A stretch of 64,000 bases of DNA, from the NCBI RefSeq assembly GCF_006345805.1, contig NC_043005.1, forward strand, positions 10,912,001 to 10,976,000. The letters are read 5' to 3'. Source of the stretch: Octopus sinensis. Lineage: Eukaryota. Shown one piece after another: positions 50,870-63,952 of the stretch (position 1 is its first letter; every line of letters starts with the position of its first letter). Made by a program: the position numbers and the translations under genes. The notes beneath the pieces are model-generated. The model did no database searches, had not been told where the DNA came from, and was given only the letters and a program-made list of their open reading frames with translations.

Positions 50870-51349
50870 TAATGTATATATATATATATGTATATATATA
50901 TATAATATATATGTATATATATAATATGTATATCTATATATATATGATATGTATATGTATATATGTATATATATATGTATTATATATATGTATATATAAT
51001 ATAGTATATGTATATATATATATATATGTTATATATATATGTATATCTATATGTATATAATATATATATATGTATATATATGTATATATCTATATATATG
51101 TCTATATATATGTGTATATATATATATTATATGTATATATATATGTATTATATATATATATATGTATATATATATGTATATATATATGTATATGTATATA
51201 TATATGTATATATATATGTATAGATATATATATATATGATATGTATATATATATGTATATATATATGTATAATATATGTATATATGTATATATATATATA
51301 TATATGTATAATATATATATATATTGTATATATATGTGTATATATATAT

Positions 51350-51380
<31 letters not shown>

Positions 51381-51572
51381 ATATATATATAGGTATATAT
51401 ATATATATATGTGTATTATATATGTGTATATGTGTTATATATATATGTGTATAATATATGGTGTATATGTGTATATATATGTATGTATTATATATATATG
51501 TGTATATGTGTATATATATATGTTATGTATATATATATATATGTGTATAATATATATATATATGTGTAATAT

Positions 51573-51606
<34 letters not shown>

Positions 51607-52010
51607 GTATATATTATATATATATTATATATATATGTATGTATATAATATATGTATATATATATGTCTGTATATATATATATATAGGTATATATATATA
51701 TATATATCTATGTATGTATATATTATAATATATATAGTATGTATATATATATATATATATATAGTATATGTATATATGATATAATATATTATGTATATGT
51801 ATATATAATATATATGTATATAATATATATATGTATGTATATTATATATATGTATATATATATATATATGTATGATATATATATATATGTATGTATATAT
51901 GTTATATCTATATATATGTATGTATATATATTATATGTATGTTATATATATATATGTATGTATTATATATATATATCTATATATGTATATATATGTATAT
52001 GTGTATATAT
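50780..52010. repeat. ~1.2-kb compound (TA)n/TATG low-complexity tract
   Basis: Direct inspection; similar shorter tracts at 48320-48485, 48970-49100, 53090-53420, 54465-54870 and 55095-55200. Confidence 0.95.
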
Positions 52011-53094
52011 AGGTGCCATAATTACATCTTGTTGGCAGGGGGCTAGAATAGTACTGTTTATTATTTACAGCAATGTTGTTTTACATGATTTCCTCCTGGT
52101 TTTATTTTTACATAAGCAGTTACTACCATCCTTCTCAGTTGTACATAATTTATTTGATTTTACCAGAAAATATATATATTATTATTATTAATTATAATAA
52201 TAACAGCAATAATTATGATTTGACAATTTTAACTAGATGATTGACGAGTATAAAAGAAAAGGAGGTTTTAGGCTATGGTCAGCATTCCAATGCCAATGTG
52301 ATGTTCTATTGATATGTTATATAGTCTCTTATTCATTGTTTATAGTCTTCTATTGATTGTAAATTCTTGCCTTCCCTCTCAGAAATTCTAAGTTCAGGTG
52401 TGTATTTTGGTTTGCTGTTAAGTAGGATGTAGGAAGGAGCATATATTAATGCATACACACGCGCGCACACATACACACACACACACATATACAGTCACAT
52501 ACATGTATAAACACAGATGTACATACACTATAGCTGTGTGCTGGCTGGCTGGCTATCCTGTCAAATCAACCAGCTTCTGTTTAGTTATTTTTATCATCTA
52601 CGACTTAATCAAAATTAATAGATCTGATGGAAAAGAAAGGAGAGATTCATTAATCAAATGAAATAAATAAGAAATTAAAATCTTAAGAAACAAGGACAAA
52701 TAAATTAAAATAAATAAAAAGAAGGAATGAGATCTTAAAATGAACTATCATGATTAATTAACCCACTGAAATATTTGAAATAAAATTTTTTAAAAATTCC
52801 TTTCCCCTCAAAAAAGAAAAAAAAAACCAAATAATTATAATTATATAAAACAAGCAAATAATATAATCAGATTTCCCCTAAAAGATGCGGGAACAATGAA
52901 TCAAAATGTCATTTTTAATATTTTTTATTTTTTATTATTTTCCATTCTTACCAATTCGGCTTCAACATTTGTGTTTGAATATTTTTAACCTATCCTATAA
53001 TGAACAATAAATATTCTATGAGTCATCAATTTCTTAACGATTCAACTCTCGTTTATTTTTTCCATGTTTCATTTCTTTCATCATATATATATAC

Positions 53095-53132
<38 letters not shown>

Positions 53133-53253
53133 GTCTTTCTCTCTCAAATCCTTTTTGTCTATCTTTTGCTTGTATTTATATACATGTGTGTATATGTATA
53201 TATATACATATAATGTGTATATATATATATATATATATATACATACATATACT

Positions 53254-53284
<31 letters not shown>

Positions 53285-54837
53285 CATAAAGTATGTATAT
53301 TCTATATCTCACTTTATATATTTATATATGTATATATATATAAATGTATTTATGTGTATATATACATATACATGTGTACACATACATATAATGTATGTAT
53401 GTATATATATAATGGCTATATTTAAGAGCCCTTAATGGTAAAAGATAATTCATTTCTAAAACATGATGATGGATACAGTTAATACCTGTTTTTAGGAAAT
53501 TTTCTCATTTACATTCTTTTTTTTCTTCTTATTTAGCTTTTTGTTTTGTTTTACTAATTTGTAAATCATTATTCTTTCAGCATCATCAATTCTATTTTTA
53601 TTTTATTTTGTTTTCAAGCAATTTTTAAATATTTCTTTATTGCCATCATTGTCAATGCTGCCAGGGAAAGTTGGTCATTTCTTGCTAGTTTACGTCAAAG
53701 AAACTAATTTGAATTTGACCAGCTGCTAACCAAGCCAAGGATAAAATTGTTCTGAATCACAGTCTATCTACTTCATGCTATTGTTACATATAAAATATTC
53801 CTGTGATGACACTCACTTGGGGAGTAAAAAGAAGAAAAAAAAAAAATGTTTTCAATCTTAACTTGAAAAAAAAAAGGTAAAGAAACTTAACGAAACCAAA
53901 AAAAATTAAAAAATGAAAAAAATAAAGGTGCAGAAAGAAGCCTTGACAAATCTTAATTAATAATAATAATACAATCTTCTCTACAGATCAATGATTGGTC
54001 AGTTACTATGACATTTGTATGCTGCTTATTACATTACTTATTCCTCATAAGACCTGCCCGTTTGTTTGTTGGTCATTTTTTTTCATGTCCTTATTAATCT
54101 GCAGCTACAGCTGGTCAAGATGTAGACAATGAATGGATACTGGGTAAAAACAGCTAAACATTGATTTTTTTTTTTTTCCTCCATGTCAACAACATTGATC
54201 AGTAATTAAACATTTGTCTACCTACAGTTCGATAAATGTGAATAAAAGGCCAATAATATATGACCACAAGACTTTGTTGTTGATTAAATTCCTATTTACA
54301 GCCAGTGTCACCATACTAGTTGTTTGACACCTCTTTCTCCTGATACAGTTCTTTCTACTGCTATCCCTGTTGTTAATATATCTATTATTATTATTATTAT
54401 TATCATAGATTAAGGTCTTGCAGGTTTAAAAGACATTTTGTTAATATTTCACAGTAAAATCGTGTGTGTATATATATGTATGTATGTATATATATATACC
54501 ATATATATAAAATATAATTTACTATATATATTATACATGTATGTATATATATATACCATATATATAAAATATAATTTACTATATATATATATTATACATG
54601 TATGTATATATTATATATATTATGTATATTTTTATACGTATCAAATGTTATATATATTATGTATATATACATATATATGTTTATTGTATATATACTTATA
54701 TACATTTATGATATATTTTATATGTATATTATATACATACATGTCTATACATACTATGTATATATATATATATATATATCTGCATACATGTATATGTTTG
54801 TGTGTGTGTATGTAAGTATATATGTATATATATATAT

Positions 54838-54874
<37 letters not shown>

Positions 54875-55095
54875 GGAAGCATTTAATTGCAATAAGAACA
54901 TTTTTTTTTCTTGGGACTTCTTCATAGCCTGTTGAAATGACTTCGTATTCCTCTTGTTATTACTAGTGAAGTGGTATTTTAAATTACTCTTTCCTTCACA
55001 AAATTGTTGAATAATTCCAAATTTCCTTATAAGTACAACTAATCCCAGAGAATGATTAATTACATACACACAGATACATGCAAACACACATACAT

Positions 55096-55159
<64 letters not shown>

Positions 55160-55170
55160 CATTTATATAT

Positions 55171-55201
<31 letters not shown>

Positions 55202-55497
55202 ATCATAAATATGTTCAAGTTCTTGAAGATTATCTGATCCTTAGGTGAATATATTTATATACATATAAACTTGTTGTTTTCTTAATTTTTTTTTCTCTTA
55301 ATAATAATGGTGCCTTGTATTGGATATACAGTGTATCATGAATTTATTGCATTGCGTTGTATTGCTTCAGTTGATAGTAATATCATTTATTTGCAATATT
55401 TGCATAAGATATTAAACTGAGTGGTCCTTTATTATTTTTTATTTAAGTTGGTAGTACCTTAAATAAAAAAAAAAGTAAAAGTCTCAAAAAATATATT

Positions 55498-55503
55498 AAT
55501 AAA
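55498..55503 (+). terminator. Candidate distal polyadenylation signal
   Basis: AATAAA followed about 12-17 nt later by CA dinucleotides and a GT-rich tract (gtgaagtgtatggtatt). Confidence 0.4.
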
Positions 55504-56320
55504 CCAAATTTTTACAACTGCAGTGAAGTGTATGGTATTATATGTATTCCCTCATTGTCTCTTACCTTATCTTCCTGGAATGCTAATAAAACAGGTAAAA
55601 ATTATTGATCTGCACACAGACTTATCAAATATAAAAAAAAAATATGTGGTATCTGATTACTTGCTGAACAAATCTCTAATTTTTTTTTTTTTTTGTAGAA
55701 TTATTTCAATTGCATTTATATGAGAACTTCAACTCCAATTTCATTTCATATTATTATTATTTTTATTATCATCATTTTTAAAAATTCTAAATATTGTTTC
55801 TTCTAATATTTTCTTGTATGTCTGTGTGTAGGTGTGTGTGTGCGTGTGCATGTGTGTTAACTTGAATATACATTATAAATTATTATTATTATTATTAACA
55901 ATAACAAAAAATAAATACATTAAAAAAAATGCAATTGACTTTAGCATACATCAACTTTTCATACTCTGTGGCCTCAGTAACTTTTCTGATTTTCTTTCTC
56001 TCCCTTTTTTAATTTTTTTTTTAATGATCTCCTGACCTTTGTCATACCTGCAAAACAACAACTTAAGTATGATAATCTCCATGAAATTATTCAACTTGAA
56101 TGTAATAAAAATTAATGAATTCATCTTTCAATTTGTCTAATTTGTCATATATTTGTATTACATATATTCTTTTCATTCCTTTGCTGCTTTCAGTCTTTGT
56201 ACTGCGGCCATATTAGGCAGAATAGTTTTAGTTTTACCTGAAAAACAAGTAGCACCCACATCACCCGCTAACCCGTTAGACAATAAAAGTGAGAGAGAAA
56301 TGATGAATTATACAGTGTGG

Positions 56321-56531
56321 AAGGCAGCGAGCTGGCCGAAACGTTAACACACCGGGCGAAATACGTTGCGGTATTTCGTCTGTTTTTACGTTCTGACTTC
56401 AAATTCCGCCGAGGTCGACTTTGCCTTTCATCCTTTCGGGGTCGATAAATCAAGTACCAGTTGCATACTGGGGTCGATCTAATCGACTGGACCCCTCCTC
56501 GAAAATTTCGAGCCTTGTGCCCGGAGTAGAA
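56321..56531 (+). mobile_element. SINE family A, tail type 2, with 18-bp TSD
   Basis: atgaattataca(g/a)tgtgg at 56303-56320 and 56532-56549. Confidence 0.9.
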
Positions 56532-56721
56532 ATGAATTATACAATGTGGTCGCAATCATACCTGATTCCGAGTCAGATGGGACGAAGCTATCCCCAGACA
56601 GGAAATTTTGCCCAAATATTGGAAATATTGGGCTCTACAAAAAGCATTCAAAGATCAGTTAGTGATGTTTGACGTTAGATTCTTACCTTATGTGTCCAAA
56701 ACCCTTCAGTGTCAATGAAAT

Positions 56722-56836
56722 GGTCTGCCCGAGGCTATAAGTGGAAGACATTTGCCCAAGGTGCCACGCAGTGGGACTGAACCCAGGACCATGTGGTTCG
56801 TAAGCAAGCTACTTACCACACAGCCACTCCTACGCC
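56722..56836 (-). mobile_element. SINE family B, 5' part
   Basis: Reverse complement of the family B head. Confidence 0.85.
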
Positions 56837-57853
56837 TATAAAACAAAAATTAATTTAGATGAAATGGTACATTATAAATTTAATATTTTGTGAATTTCAA
56901 TCAATATTTGATTAAGAAATTAGCTTCAATGTAATTCTGACCTTTCAGCTGCTATCTTAATATTCACTATATCTGGCAGTTGTTGGCTCCCGTTTAGAAT
57001 TTTTACTGATTTCTTTGGCACTGTATTTGGAGTTCTGAATATCGATATTGTAGTTTTAAAGAGAAATCCTCATTGGTTTAATATTTACAATATCTCTTCC
57101 AAAAAAAATCCTTTATAGGTAAGCAAGTGTCCTATTTCTATATAGCCGCCTCACTTGCCACAGATACTTGCCAAATCTCCCTCATAATCACACCTTGTCT
57201 TAAGAATAATAATAATAAAAAAAAAGATAATGTAATTTATGAAGAAAAATGGGATGGTCAAGGCTGGAAAGATTTCGATCAGATTTGATCGTTTTAGTCT
57301 AAGCAAGAACAACTATATAGACTTCAGGTTATAAAACTTAATTGTTATAATTTTAGTTCACTTCTTCCACGGTTCGTTTTATTATTTTGTATGATTTATT
57401 CCATTTTCAGGTGTGAAAAATGCCTTGTCTCACTTGATTGTCCTGTGTTCCACACAAAGCCATAGATTAGCGGTTCTGAATGCTTTGGGCGTGGGGATTT
57501 ACAGGAGATCAAATTCAATATTACTAGCACTCTTTTCATAGGAAGTTAGAAAAACAAAAACAGTTTCTAAGTTTAAAATTTGAAAAAATTATATAAGAAA
57601 CCATCTTTCATCATTTTAATCATAATTGCTTCTAACAAAATTATCAATGCTTCTTAAAACACTCGAGCCTTAGCATAGATTTTCGAAAAGACCCTTTTGA
57701 TATCAATCCGCATGAGACTTCTTTGGTTCTGTAATGCAAATTTACTGTTTAAAAAAATTGTCTAAATGAAAAGTCTCATCAATATTTCCTGTTAATTTAT
57801 CTTCCAAAAAACTAGCTTAAGTATGACTAAATTATTTTAGTAAATCCTTTGTT

Positions 57854-58253
57854 GGATCTTTTCGGTTTGAACGGCAGTTTTTTCTAGCGGTGTCATATGA
57901 AATTGTCACCCATAATTATGACCCTAGTATCGATCTATTGCATTTCAATCTCTTTTAGGGTTAGAGGTGGGGGAAGGGTATCTTTTTTTTCTTCACAAAT
58001 GTTAAATAAACTCAATCTGTTTCTTAAACGAGGGACATATTCATACGGCACAATGTTTTTTACCTCAATGGACGTCATTGATTGGTTGAAATTGAAGAAA
58101 AAAACAACAAATATCTGACAAACTATAGAATTTTCTCAATAAAGCCAAGAGAAAAAGATGTTTTATAAACACATTCTACCAGTATACGAAGTTTAAAATT
58201 TTTTAGTTACCTAGAAATTATGTTAAAAACTGTCGTTCAAACCGAAAAGATCC
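57854..58253. mobile_element. 400-bp MITE with ~29-bp TIRs and 8-bp TSD (Merlin-like by end signature)
   Basis: TIR ggatcttttcggtttgaacggcagttttt / aaaaactgtcgttcaaaccgaaaagatcc; flanks cctttgtt and cctttatt. Confidence 0.85.
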
Positions 58254-61143
58254 CCTTTATTTTCAAAATAGAAACAAAGGCAGTATATTTGAACAGAAAT
58301 ATGGTAACAAGGGTCAAATTATATTTTTACAAATCCACGGTGCACCTAGAACCTACTTCAGATGCACTAATGCTCTGCTTCCCACCAGTTAAGAATGACT
58401 GCTATAATAGAATAGGTTTTCATATCTTATTGCATATATTGGTTTGTGTATAAATTCTAACTTTTGTATCTTTTCTCTTCTTTCTATCTATTATTGCTAG
58501 TGTAATTTTTTAATGGCTATTTTAATGCAATAATTTCTGGCAGACACTGTTGCTATAACCTTTAGCAAACATACTGTATGAAATAGGAGCAATTATTTTG
58601 GAAGACATTGATGCTGTATTCTAAGTTGATATTACTTAAACCCCTTCTCCGTTTCCTCTGATCCAGCTTACCCATAATCACATACATTCCAGCTGCTACC
58701 TTCTTCCCCGCCCCCATTTCAAAGTATACCCCCCACTCTATAAGCCATTTTGTTCTTTTCTTTTGACGACTTTGGTTGCTATTCACGACAAATCAGCCGA
58801 CCACAGAAAGGCCCCCACTCTCACTCTGGTACTGCCATCTTGCAGACATCCTTAAAGACACCGATGATAGATAGTTGTTTAGTCCTAGTCGGCTATAACA
58901 AAGGCATTCCATCCATGACTATGTCTTGAATATAACGAGAAAAGCATCTTGTCTTTGGAAGCGCATATCTTTACGTTTTCAAAGACTTGCTTCTAATTTT
59001 CATTTTTTTCTTTTTATATACATTTATATATAGAATATAGCTGGGGCTACGTTGTCTAATGTATCCTTTTGTTTAAAAAAGGTTTCTGTTTGAGAGAGAT
59101 TTGGCTGCTTTTTCTAACAGTAAGAGATCCCTCATTTGTTCGTGTAATGCCTGGTATTCTCTTGTGTTATCTGTAGCAGACAATTGTACATTAGTCTTTG
59201 TTAAACATTCTATTATCGTAAGCTCTAATAGATATCAGTCTTTAGAAACTACTTTAGTGCTATAAATTCTAAGACACATATGCGATAATATCTATAGGAC
59301 TCTATGGTATGTATTGATCAGTATAGTGGTTCCCAATCCGTTTTATTCATTGCGCATTTAGAGAAAAATATATTTTGGTGTATTTCTTGCAAAGAAAATT
59401 AGTGTTAAAAATGGCTTTTATATATGTTAACCTATAAATACAATTTAAACTACAGAAATTTCATTTATTCACTAAATGTGGTGCTATTCCTAACATTTGA
59501 TATTTAGAATTTCTGTTTCAATTTTTTTTAATGATTTTATTTTCACGGCGCATCTAGCTGATCTCAGGGCACATGGTTTTGGGAACTACGGGGATTAATA
59601 CAATGTCTTAACTCTTTTCTTTGGGTGATATCTGTATATTTTCATATTTCAGCATTAATTCTTGAAAGAGGATTAAAGAAGTGCAGATGAGTTTGTCCAC
59701 ATTTAGAGATTTCTATATTTTTAAATGTTATGTTGTATGAATTTATATACGAATCTACATACATATGTGTGTGTGTATGTGTGTATGCATGTATGTATGT
59801 ATATACGTTTTTGTGAACAATAGCAGCGTTTGCTGCATGTTTTAAGTGTATCTACCAATTGCTGGGTTCACTTTATCTCCGATTGCTAGATAATGTCTGT
59901 GCCCCTTGGGTAGCACAAACACCCTTAATGTATTTTTGTCTGACATACCAGTGTCATGGAACTACGTAACCCTCCACCTCTTTATCATCACCACCATCAT
60001 CATCATCATTATCATCAATATCGTCACCGACGTCATCATTTTAGTTTTTGTCATAATCACCAACACCACCACCACCAGTACTACTAAAATCTTCGTCATC
60101 TCAAGATTTTAGTTTCCTTTTCCTTTTCTGGTGGGTAGGTCTGTATTGAACGTGTACGGTTTCTACATGTCTTGGAGGATAATTTCGTCTGTGAAGTTCA
60201 GTACCCGAACATTGATCTTCATACTTCATATATTTTTTTTTTGTTTGACGCACCAGTAAACTGACTTGTGTAATCATAATCCTCATCATCATCATTATCA
60301 TCGTCAGTATTATCATTATCTTTTATCGTCACCACTACACTCCATCATCATCGTTGTCATCACCAACCAATCTTTTAGTTTCCAGCTTGACTGGCGAGGA
60401 AAGGTTCCACTGCTATGGGGTGGGCATGTCTGTCGTGCCCCTCATCTCAGTTTTGGGTCATTTCGTCTTTTAAGCTCTTCAACATCGAACGTCGTTATAC
60501 CGCATTACACTTTGTTTCACCCTATACTTTACTGGCATTACATACATGTAATCGTCATCATCATCATCATCATCAACAACGTTCTCGTGTTTTTTTTGTT
60601 GTTTTGTTTTGTTTTTTTTATAGGTGGAATTCCACTTGTAGGAATCGGGTATGTCTGTGGCATAACTTGTTGCCACTCATCTCAGTACCCGAACATCGGA
60701 TATCACTGTACAGCAATGTTTTTTTTTTGTTTTGTTTTGTTCTTTTTTTTTATTAGTTTCACCAGTTTATTGCTAGTAGTCCCATGTCATCACCATCGTC
60801 ATCATCACCATCATCAACGTTTTTCCTTTGTTTTCCTTTTGTTGTTGTTTTGTTTTTGTTGTTTTTTTTTTGTAGGTAGGGCTCCACTGGCGTGGGTTCG
60901 ACATGTCTTGTTGCACAGTTTATCGCCATTCGTCTTCATCTTTGGTTTATCTCGTCTGTGAATTTGTTTAGCTCCCGAAAATTTTGTATTTCCCCATTTC
61001 TTTTGTATGTCTGGCTTCTGGTTGACGATAATTGAGGAAAAGCAGTGATCAAAATGAAGTCTCTTTGAACTACCAATTTGAATCTGGCTAACTCCAAATG
61101 ACTTTGACGTAAAAAGATTTTAAACTCAGATGATAGAATCAGA

Positions 61144-61362
61144 GGGCGAGCTGGCAGAAACGTTAGTGCGCCGGGAGAAATGCTTAGCAGTATTTCGTCT
61201 GCCGTTACGTTCTGAGTTCAAATTCCGCCGAGGCCGACTTTGCCTTTCATCCTTTCGGAGTCGATAAATTAAGTAACAGTTACGCACTGGGGTCGATGTA
61301 ACCCCTTTGTCTGGCTTTGTTTGTTCCCTCTATGTTTAGCCCCCTGTGGGCAGTAAAGAAAT
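61144..61362 (+). mobile_element. SINE family A, tail type 1
   Basis: Full head and central domain; aatcagag on both flanks; a degenerate partial copy follows at about 61408-61545. Confidence 0.88.
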
Positions 61363-63727
61363 AAAAATCAGAGTTAGCAATACTATTAATATACAAGAAT
61401 ATTTAAGATGACGAGTTGGCAGAATCGTTAGCAACGCCGGACAAAATACTTATCGTCATTTCTTCCAGTTCTTTACTGTCTGAATTCAAATTCCTCTGAG
61501 GCTGACATCGTCTTTCATCTTTTCGGGGTCGATGTAATTGAGTTAATACCCCACAACCACCACCGCCTAAAAAAAAATTTAAATAGACATTTCAGGCTTT
61601 ATATAGAAGAAAGAAAAATAGAAAAACAAAATATATGAGACTATAACAGCTGAAAAAAGAAGCCCTGTCCCTTCTTATAGCTATAAATGTATAAAAATAA
61701 TTGAACGTTTCAAAAACATGACATGGAAAAGTGATACTCAATACGCAAGCAAAAGCCAAGATTCTAATGGATTTATTACCTACGTTTAGCTTTGTCGGAT
61801 TTCCAAAGACTTAATGCTTATTTTCATTTTTGATGACATTCCTGGTAATAATGTCTGGACATTCCCTCCTGTCATATCTTTCAGGCGAAGGATATTTTGG
61901 ATAATGCATACCTCAACAACCCTAAAAAAAAAAAAGACAGGATATCCCTGGATGGAACTCTTATATAATCACAGGTCTGTTTGACCAGAGCCGTCTTGAA
62001 AACTGAAACAACACTGACTATCTTGTATTGTAAAAAATGCTATTTATATAAACTAATAAAGGAACCTTTGAGAAATAGCAACCAAATCTCCCTCAAATCA
62101 AGCCTAACGTCTAGGAATATATTATGTCTAAAAAGAGAAGATTAAATAAACAGGATGATTGTAGGTCGGCTCGGTCAGGTCTGTCTTGAAGTACTACAGC
62201 ACTAAATAATGGATTATGAATAAAGGAGAATTTACACGACAGCGCGATCTGCTAGGAAAGCACTACAAAATCTCCCTCAAATCATACACTACTGTTTTAA
62301 ATAAGAGAAGAATACAGTGCATATTTTATACTTAAAAAGAAAGAAGAAATTGGTTTATCGCTGTCTGCTTAATTGGAACTGAAGCGGGTTTATTTTTAAG
62401 AGACAGTGTGCGATTTGAGGGAATACGGACTTTTAGTGTAGCGTACTATATTTTGGTTGACAGTTTCCAATTGTGAAATCTTAACGTTTTAACAGACCAC
62501 CCTTCAGTCTTGATAAAATATCTCCTCCCTTAGCTATAATTAAAGAAGGATGTTGTTATCACCGGGAATGTCATGCACAAACGAAAATAACAAACCAAGT
62601 CTATGATATGTAACATAAAAGTAAATAAATTTAATGAAGTGAGAATCAAAAATCTAATAAGAAATAATTATACGCTGATGAAATTTCAATTAGTTTTTTG
62701 TTATGCTTATTACATGAAATATGTTAACACTAACTTAACTATCGTTGTTCACGTAGACTTCATCTTTCTAAGTAATTAAACTTATTTATTTCATATATTT
62801 CAAATGCTAATCTTCACGCCTCTTCGTATGCAATATTGTACATGTATCAGCATTGTGTGCTGCTAAGGTATTATAAAAATATCTTGGTTTTTTATAAAAT
62901 AATCAAATCTTCAAGGCAAAGTATAAAATTAACTGTACACATTTCCTAGGTATTCTGTAGATTACTGAGCTAAGGTAGGCAACGTGTGAAACGACCCAAT
63001 AAGTTCTCACTGACTGTGAAGATTCTAAAATGGAATCTTGGAACTACAGGCAATCAAATTAAGAAAAATTACAAGTTTCCATTCACTAGGCGCAGTGCCT
63101 CTGTTCGGATTTTCATCCTTGGATTTATCGAAGAATGTGGATACAATCGCTAAAATTTTGAATGTGATTGTAGATGTTCAAAATGATTAGACCCCGTACT
63201 AAGGATGTTAAAACGGCTCTATGCCAGACCGCGGTTAGCTGTGTGCTCAACAACATCCCATTGGATTAGCAATATCACCCAGATCAGCTTTAGTATGATA
63301 ATTTGCTGGAAGAAGGTAAGACTTTGTTTAATGTGTGTGTAAGATAAGACGCAGGCTTGTACGTGTGCAAAGCAAGCCATTTGGTCTGAAATCTTTTGTT
63401 TGAAACTGAAGCAATTACATCAAAGAAGTGTCAGTTGGGGCATGTAATAACAGAAAAAAACTCTTAGGCAAAATCACATACAGTTTATTTCATAGTGTCA
63501 AACTTTTCGTCGCATCTTTGTGTTTTTGAATGAGTCAAAAGACTCTCCTACGATGTAATTAGCAAGAAATATTTGCACGTTAAAAAACACATACAAAAGG
63601 TGTAATGTAGTTTAATATGTCCAAACGGTTCCAGTGAACAGAAAGACTAAAATTATTCAATGTTAATCGCTATTTTAATATTTAATTTAGATTTCATCCC
63701 CAGATCACTCATAAATAATTACGCATC

Positions 63728-63952
63728 GGCTGGCTGAAACGTTAGCATGCCGGGCGAAATGCGTAGCCGTATTTCGTCTGCCGTTACGTTCTGAGTTCAA
63801 ATTCCGCCGAGGTCGACTTTACCTTTCATCCTTTCGGGCTCGATGAATTAAGTACCATTTACGCACTGGAGTCGATGTAATCGACTCAATCCGTTTGTCT
63901 GTCCTTGTTTGTCCCCTCTGTGTTTAGCCCCTTGTGGGTAGTAAAGAAATAG
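63728..63952 (+). mobile_element. SINE family A, tail type 1
   Basis: Colinear with 17798-18030. Confidence 0.9.

Larger units (their letters stand above)
46799..55520 (+). other. Putative long 3' UTR of Lar
   Basis: No recognisable SINE/LINE/DNA-transposon copy between the stop codon and about 56320. AATAAA at 55462 and 55498 is preceded by TGTA-rich sequence and followed by GT-rich sequence. Inferred; the true end needs RNA data. Confidence 0.5.

Noticed and set aside
53770-53850. Minus-strand polypyrimidine tract plus AG giving SVITGIFYM*
   Set aside because: The tract is simply an A-run on the + strand, and no linked upstream coding exons could be supported.
54105-54143. Exon-like 39-nt segment (TAGQDVDNEWILG) with AG/GT ends, and a second exon-like segment at 57411-57541
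   Set aside because: Only a vague SH3-like look without the GxxP motif, no start exon, and the first lies inside the putative Lar UTR; most likely chance splice-like sites.
60266-60961. 231-aa ORF, the longest in the ORF track
   Set aside because: Low-complexity His/Ile/Phe runs from CAT and T-rich microsatellites, with no domain signature.
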